The translations under genes were made by a program, and so were the position numbers. From Candidatus Latescibacterota bacterium (lineage in GTDB: Bacteria > Latescibacterota > UBA2968 > UBA8231), in NCBI GenBank assembly GCA_965219385.1, contig CBDCNM010000002.1, forward strand, positions 1,730,936-1,794,935: DNA of 64,000 bases, written 5' to 3'. The notes beneath the pieces were generated by a model. That model was not told the DNA's origin and did not search any database. It saw only the letters and a program-made list of their open reading frames with translations. Shown in pieces: positions 56,475 to 64,000 of the stretch; the first letter of the stretch is position 1; the number at the start of each line of letters is the position of its first letter.

Positions 56475-59027
56475 TCAACCCTGGTCCACTCCCTGCCCGG
56501 ATGGGGTGCCATTCCCTCCGGGCCCTTGGGCCTCTTCCCCGGCTTGGGTTGCGCCTTCCCCCGGCCCTTCCCCCTGGCCGTTCTGCATCACCCGGCTCAT
56601 GTCGATCACCCGGTCGCCCTCGTCCAGGTTGATCAGCCTGACCCCCTGGGTGTTGCGCCCAATCTGCGAAATACCCTCTACCGGCACCCGGATCATGATC
56701 CCATTCTGGGTCACCACCATGACCTCGTCCCCCAGCAGGACCTCTCTGCAGGCCACCACGCCGCCGTTGCGCTTTGTGGTCTTGATATCGATCACGCCCA
56801 CGCCCCCACGGTGTCTGGTGGGGTACTCGGACTGGTCGGTGCGCTTGCCGTAGCCCTTCTCGCAGATGGTCAACAGGGTGCCGTTTTCCTGCACCACCAC
56901 CATGCCCACCACCTCGTCGTCCCCGCGCATTTCAATCCCCTTCACCCCGGTGGAGACCCGGCCCATGGAACGCACCTCCCCCTCATTGAAGCGCATGGTC
57001 ATGCCATTGCGGGTCACCAGCACGATGTCCTGGCGGCCATCGGTAACCGCGGCGCCGACCAGATCGTCTTCCTCCAGGATCTTCAGGGCGATAATGCCGT
57101 CCCTGCGGATATACTGGTAGGCCGAAAGCACGGTCTTCTTGACGATGCCCTGGCGCGTGGCGGTGAACAGGTAACGGCTCTCGGAAAACTGGTGCACCGG
57201 CACCACCGCGGCGATCTTATCGTCCGGGTCGATCTCGAGCAGGTTGACCACCGGGCGGCCGCGCGCCTGGCGTTCGCCCTCCGGGATCTTGTAGACCTTG
57301 AGCCAGTGGCACTGCCCCTTGGAGGTGAGAAACATGATATAGGCGTGCGTCGAGGCCAAAAAGAGGTGCTCGACGAAGTCCTCCTCCTTGGTCTTCATCC
57401 CGGTGACTCCTCGGCCTCCTCTGTTCTGCACCCGGTAGGCACTGGGGGACATGCGTTTGATGTACCCGGAGCGGGATATGGTCACCACCATGTCCTCTTC
57501 CTGGATCAGGTCCTCCAGATCGAACTCCTCGGCCGCGTACACGATCTCGCTGCGGCGCTCGTCTCCGAACCGCTCCTTGATTTCCTCAACCTCGTCCTTG
57601 ATGATCTGCATCTGCAGATCCCTGCGCGCCAGGATGGCGCGCAACCCCGAGATGGTCTGGACCTGTTCGGCGTATTCGCCGTCGATTTTTCCCCGCTCCA
57701 GGCCGGTCAGCCGCTGCAGCGGCATGGTCAGAATGGCCTGGACCTGGCGTTCGCTCAGCGCCCGACGATCAATCTGGTCCAGGCCAACTCCTGCCATCAG
57801 CCGTTCGCGCGCCTCCTCGGGGCTGGCCGAGGTGCGCATGGTTTCGATCACCCAGTCAATGTGGTCCAGGGCAAAGCGCAAACCTTCGAGTATATGAGCC
57901 CGGGCTTCGGCCTTTTCCAGCTCGAACCGGGTCCGCCGCAGCACCACCTTGTGGCGGTGGTCCACATAGTGCTGCAACATCTGTTTGAGGTTGAGGATTT
58001 GCGGCCGGCCCCTGACCACTACCATCAGCATGACTCCGAAGGTGCTTTGCAGCATGCTGTGCGAGTAGAGCTGGTTCTGCACCAGCTCAGGGTGTGCCTC
58101 TTTCTTCAGCTCGACGACGATCCGCAGGCCGGCGCGGCCCGATTCGTCGCGGATATCGGCGATGCCGTTGATGGTTTTGTCGCGCACCAGTTCGGCCATC
58201 TTCTCCAGCAGGCCGGACTTGTCCACCAGGAAGGGGATCTCCGTGATCACGAGGTTCTCGCGGCCGTTCTTGAGGGTCTCGACATGGAGCCGGGCCCGCA
58301 TGTAAACTATGCCTCGGCCGGTATGATAGGCCTGCCGCACCCCACTCGTACCGTAAATTACCCCGCCAGTAGGGAAATCCGGAGCTTTGATGTGCTGCAT
58401 TAGTTCGGCGATGGCGATGTCTGGACTGTCAATCAGGGCCTTCAATCCGTCGGCCACCTCCACCACATTGTGCGGTGGAATCTTGGTGGCCATGGCCACG
58501 CCAATGCCCACGGCACCGTTGCACAGCAAGTTGGGGAACTTGGCGGGCAGAACCTCGGGTTCTTCACGAGTCTCGTCGTAATTGCGGACGTAGTCGACAG
58601 TATCCTTTTCCAGATCCGCCAGCATCTCCGTCGCTGCCCAGCTCATGCGCGCCTCGGTGTAGCGCATAGCTGCCGGTGGAAATCCGTCAATGGAGCCGAA
58701 ATTGCCCTGGCCGTCGACCAGCGGGTACCGCAGCCGGAAGTCCTGGGCCATGTGCACGAGGGTTGCGTACACGCCCTCGTCACCGTGGGGATGGTAGTTG
58801 CCGGAGGTGTCGCCGGAGATCTTGGCGCACTTGCGAAACCTCCTGTTGGGCGCCAGCGAAAGGTCGTTCATCGACACCAAGATGCGCCTTTGCGACGGCT
58901 TCAATCCATCGCGCGCATCCGGCAGGGCCCTCGCCATGTTGACGCTCATCGCATAGTCGAGAAAAGAGGTCTTGAGTTCCTCCTCGATCTTGACCGGAAC
59001 GATCCGGGAGTCTTTCTGCTCCAGCAT
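56475..59027 (-). CDS. gyrA: DNA gyrase subunit A
   Basis: RALPDARDGLKP, YHPHGD, AAMRYTEAR and the GyrA-box QNRGGRG. Confidence 0.98.
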   Translation of the reverse strand: MLEQKDSRIVPVKIEEELKTSFLDYAMSVNMARALPDARDGLKPSQRRILVSMNDLSLAPNRRFRKCAKISGDTSGNYHPHGDEGVYATLVHMAQDFRLRYPLVDGQGNFGSIDGFPPAAMRYTEARMSWAATEMLADLEKDTVDYVRNYDETREEPEVLPAKFPNLLCNGAVGIGVAMATKIPPHNVVEVADGLKALIDSPDIAIAELMQHIKAPDFPTGGVIYGTSGVRQAYHTGRGIVYMRARLHVETLKNGRENLVITEIPFLVDKSGLLEKMAELVRDKTINGIADIRDESGRAGLRIVVELKKEAHPELVQNQLYSHSMLQSTFGVMLMVVVRGRPQILNLKQMLQHYVDHRHKVVLRRTRFELEKAEARAHILEGLRFALDHIDWVIETMRTSASPEEARERLMAGVGLDQIDRRALSERQVQAILTMPLQRLTGLERGKIDGEYAEQVQTISGLRAILARRDLQMQIIKDEVEEIKERFGDERRSEIVYAAEEFDLEDLIQEEDMVVTISRSGYIKRMSPSAYRVQNRGGRGVTGMKTKEEDFVEHLFLASTHAYIMFLTSKGQCHWLKVYKIPEGERQARGRPVVNLLEIDPDDKIAAVVPVHQFSESRYLFTATRQGIVKKTVLSAYQYIRRDGIIALKILEEDDLVGAAVTDGRQDIVLVTRNGMTMRFNEGEVRSMGRVSTGVKGIEMRGDDEVVGMVVVQENGTLLTICEKGYGKRTDQSEYPTRHRGGVGVIDIKTTKRNGGVVACREVLLGDEVMVVTQNGIMIRVPVEGISQIGRNTQGVRLINLDEGDRVIDMSRVMQNGQGEGPGEGATQAGEEAQGPGGNGTPSGQGVDQG

Positions 59028-59052
59028 GGAAATTCAGTTTCCTTGTCAGCTG

Positions 59053-61432
<2,380 letters not shown>

Positions 61433-62443
61433 TGATCATCTCCAGCAACACGTGGGCTCGCTGTGCATCCAGTTCGGACAACGCGTCGTCGAGCAGGAGA
61501 ACCGGTTGCTGGACGGTTTGCTGTTCCAGAAACCGGACTTCGGCCATCTTCCAGGCGATCAGAATGGTCTTCAGCTGACCTTCCGAGGCATACGAGTCGG
61601 CGGATTGACGGTTCAACTGAAAGACCAGGTTGTCTCGATGAGGTCCGCACAGGGTATGGCCCTGACGCTGTTCCTGGTCCTTTTTCCGTTCCAGTTCGGC
61701 CAGCAACTCGGCGCACAAATCTTCTTCGGTCCTGCTCTTTGGACCCTGGTAGTCGACCGCGGCCCTCTCCTGTTGCAGAGAGAAGCGGTCGTAGTACTCG
61801 GCGAAAGGCTTTGCCAGCACCTGCAGGGCTTGCAGCCGCCGGGAGCGGATACAAGCCCCCAGTCGAGCCAGTTGTCCGCTCCAGGCCTGCAGCACCCCTC
61901 GATCCAGGATTTTACCGGTTCTTTTACTTGTGCGCAAGAGGTGGTTTCTCTGCGTCAACACCCTCCTGTAGCGCTGCAAATCGCGCAGGTACGGCGCACT
62001 GGACTGGGAGATGAGAATGTCGAGGACGCGGCGGCGCTGGTCTGGAAAACGCAGCACCAGGGATACGTCTTCGGGGGAGAAGTGAACGGTTTTAAGAACC
62101 CCCAGGACATCCGATACCCGGACCAGGGGGTTTTTATCGCAAAAAGCCCTCTTACCCTCTTTCTGCGCATAGTATATCCGCAGCTGGCAGTCGCGCCGGC
62201 CGTCGTTGCACAGGGCCCGAATATCGAAGTGCTGCCCTCCGTGAGGTACGACCTGATGGTCTTTGGCCCCGCGTACGGACTTGCCGATGGACAGATAGGA
62301 AATCGCTTCCAGGATATTGCTCTTCCCGTGGCCGTTCCTTCCTACTATCAATACCCGGTCCGCCTCTAAGGAGAGACAAAACTGGTCGAAATTGCGAAAG
62401 GGCTGCAGTGTGATCGAACGGATCCTCACCAGGATCGCTTACC

Positions 62444-63610
62444 TCAGCCGCTCGGCCGCAACGGCATCAACAAGCAAAAGTAATCCTCGCCTTCCTTCTG
62501 CTCTGCCGGGCGCATTAAGGTTGCCGTGACCGAGTTATTCAGATCGAAGATCACCTCCTGCGAATCCATCTTGCGCAGGATCTCCATCAGGTAAACCGCG
62601 TTGTAACCAATCTCCATTTCCTCTTGATCGTACTCGGCGGGAACAAGCTCGCGGGCTTCGCCGCCGACCTCCTGGCTGGTTGCCGACAACTCCAGGCTAT
62701 TGCTGCTCAGGCCCATGCGTATCTGATGGGTATACGAACTGGAAAGGATGGATACTCGCCGAACCGCGGGCAGGAAGTAGTGGTTGGAAATCCGCAGTAT
62801 TTTATCGTTCTGCTGGGGTATTACCTGCGCGTAGTCTACATAAGGCCCTTCGATCAGGCGGGACAGTAGATGGGTTTCGCCCAAATCGAAAAACACCTGG
62901 CTTTCACCCAGGACCAGCTTCGCGGGCTCGTGCTGGCTGCCCAGGAGTTTGACCAGGTGACTGCACACCTGGGGAGGAATGATTACCTCGGCTGATTCCT
63001 CCTCTCCGATCTGTGCTTTTAAATCCGCCTTTTGATGGTACCGGGCCAGGCGGGTTCCGTCCGTTGCCACCATTTCCAGGCCTTCATTGTCCAGGCGCCA
63101 GAGGACGCCGTTCAACACGGGCTTTGTTTCATCCTTTAAAACGGCGAATCCCGTTTTGTTGATCATATTGCTCAGGACCTGCGAATCCAGCTCTCCAGAG
63201 GCGCCAAAGTCTATAGAAAGGCCGCTCAGGGAGGTCGGCATACCCGGAAACTCATCGGGCGGCATGCCTGCCAGGGCGTAGGTACCTTCACTACCCTCTG
63301 CGGTGTCCAGTTTGCCGCTGAGCAACAAACGCTCCTCGCGGACCTCTAAGCTCAGCTCGGCTTCGGGCCATTCTCTTGCAATCTCGGCAAAGGTGCGGGC
63401 AGGCGCGGTGATCCTCCCCGGCTGGTGAACCCTGGCCGGGATGCTGGTACTTATGGATAAATCGAGATCCGTAGCCCCTAGAGAGAGACGGTCCGCTTCG
63501 GCGTTGAGGAGGAGGTTGGAAAGGACCGGCAATGCCGGTTTGGAGGGGACTATGTCCAGAACCGCGTCAATGCCTCGCCACAGTTCGTTGCGCTCGATCG
63601 TCAGTTTCAT
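62444..63610 (-). CDS. dnaN: DNA polymerase III beta sliding clamp
   Basis: ATDLDL, VATDGTRLA, LLSRLIEGPYVDY..VIP, LLMPLR. Confidence 0.96.
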   Translation of the reverse strand: MKLTIERNELWRGIDAVLDIVPSKPALPVLSNLLLNAEADRLSLGATDLDLSISTSIPARVHQPGRITAPARTFAEIAREWPEAELSLEVREERLLLSGKLDTAEGSEGTYALAGMPPDEFPGMPTSLSGLSIDFGASGELDSQVLSNMINKTGFAVLKDETKPVLNGVLWRLDNEGLEMVATDGTRLARYHQKADLKAQIGEEESAEVIIPPQVCSHLVKLLGSQHEPAKLVLGESQVFFDLGETHLLSRLIEGPYVDYAQVIPQQNDKILRISNHYFLPAVRRVSILSSSYTHQIRMGLSSNSLELSATSQEVGGEARELVPAEYDQEEMEIGYNAVYLMEILRKMDSQEVIFDLNNSVTATLMRPAEQKEGEDYFCLLMPLRPSG

Positions 63611-63652
63611 ACAAGATTATGGGGTTGTATCTGTATTTACTTAATACTATGA

Positions 63653-63681
63653 AAGTTAAATATATACAGGGGCTCTGTCAA
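63653..63681 (-). promoter_or_regulatory. Putative sigma70 promoter of dnaN
   Basis: TTGACA (63681-63676), 17 bp, TAACTT (63658-63653). Confidence 0.55.
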
Positions 63682-63699
63682 GTCTATTCCGGGCCTTGA

Positions 63700-64000
63700 G
63701 GCGTGCTTTTCGCGGTGTTTTGGGTATGATTAAGTTTCATATTTTATAACATATTATCCATTAGTGGTCAATCCGGGATGAGATGCGGGCGGCTCGTATC
63801 TCGTATATTTTAAAGATAAAAACTGCCCTTATGTTCAGGTGTGTATGATATAGAAAAATTAGTGTGTGTAGCCGTTATTCTTTCTTTCCACAGGGCAACT
63901 ATATCTGGGATATAATTTTTATAATAAATATTATTGTAGAGGTTCTAGTAGGGGGTGTGGATGTGTGGATAAGCTGTTGAGGACCGCTCCCTTTCCAAGT
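63700..64000. other. oriC-like region upstream of dnaN
   Basis: Sharp AT enrichment; perfect DnaA box TGTGGATAA at 63964-63972; near-matches CTTTCCACA (63884-63892) and TTATCCATT (63754-63762). Confidence 0.8.

Overview
High-GC bacterial chromosome segment ending at the replication origin. The gene content resembles Ca. Latescibacterota-type symbiont genomes, but that is inference only. The left arm (1-16.7 kb) is metabolic and surface genes: a GlmL/MutL-like cluster, two Ldh_2 oxidoreductases, a DAHP synthase, a large YWTD-repeat surface protein and a TonB-dependent receptor. The right arm (45.4-64 kb) has sugar/acid catabolic genes, three tRNAs, gyrA-gyrB-DUF721-recF-dnaN and an AT-rich oriC-like region. 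Between them is a ~28.5 kb accessory/defence island (about 16.8-45.2 kb) with no integrase. It opens with a WYL-domain regulator and contains TA modules, PD-(D/E)XK nucleases, two tandem-AAA ATPases, a type III-like R-M locus with ABC-ATPase/TIR cargo, two extra dnaB copies, a clpP-AAA pair, IS5 elements and many deleted gene remnants. The most notable unannotated signal is a motif found seven times in the island: GCGAC-N7-GTCGC, usually followed 10 bp later by a TAnnnT -10 hexamer. It sits at the head of successive gene modules, one copy overlapping the WYL stop codon. This suggests a WYL-activated regulon driving a dnaB-clpP-AAA module and variable cargo. All family assignments come from motif recognition by eye; no searches were run.
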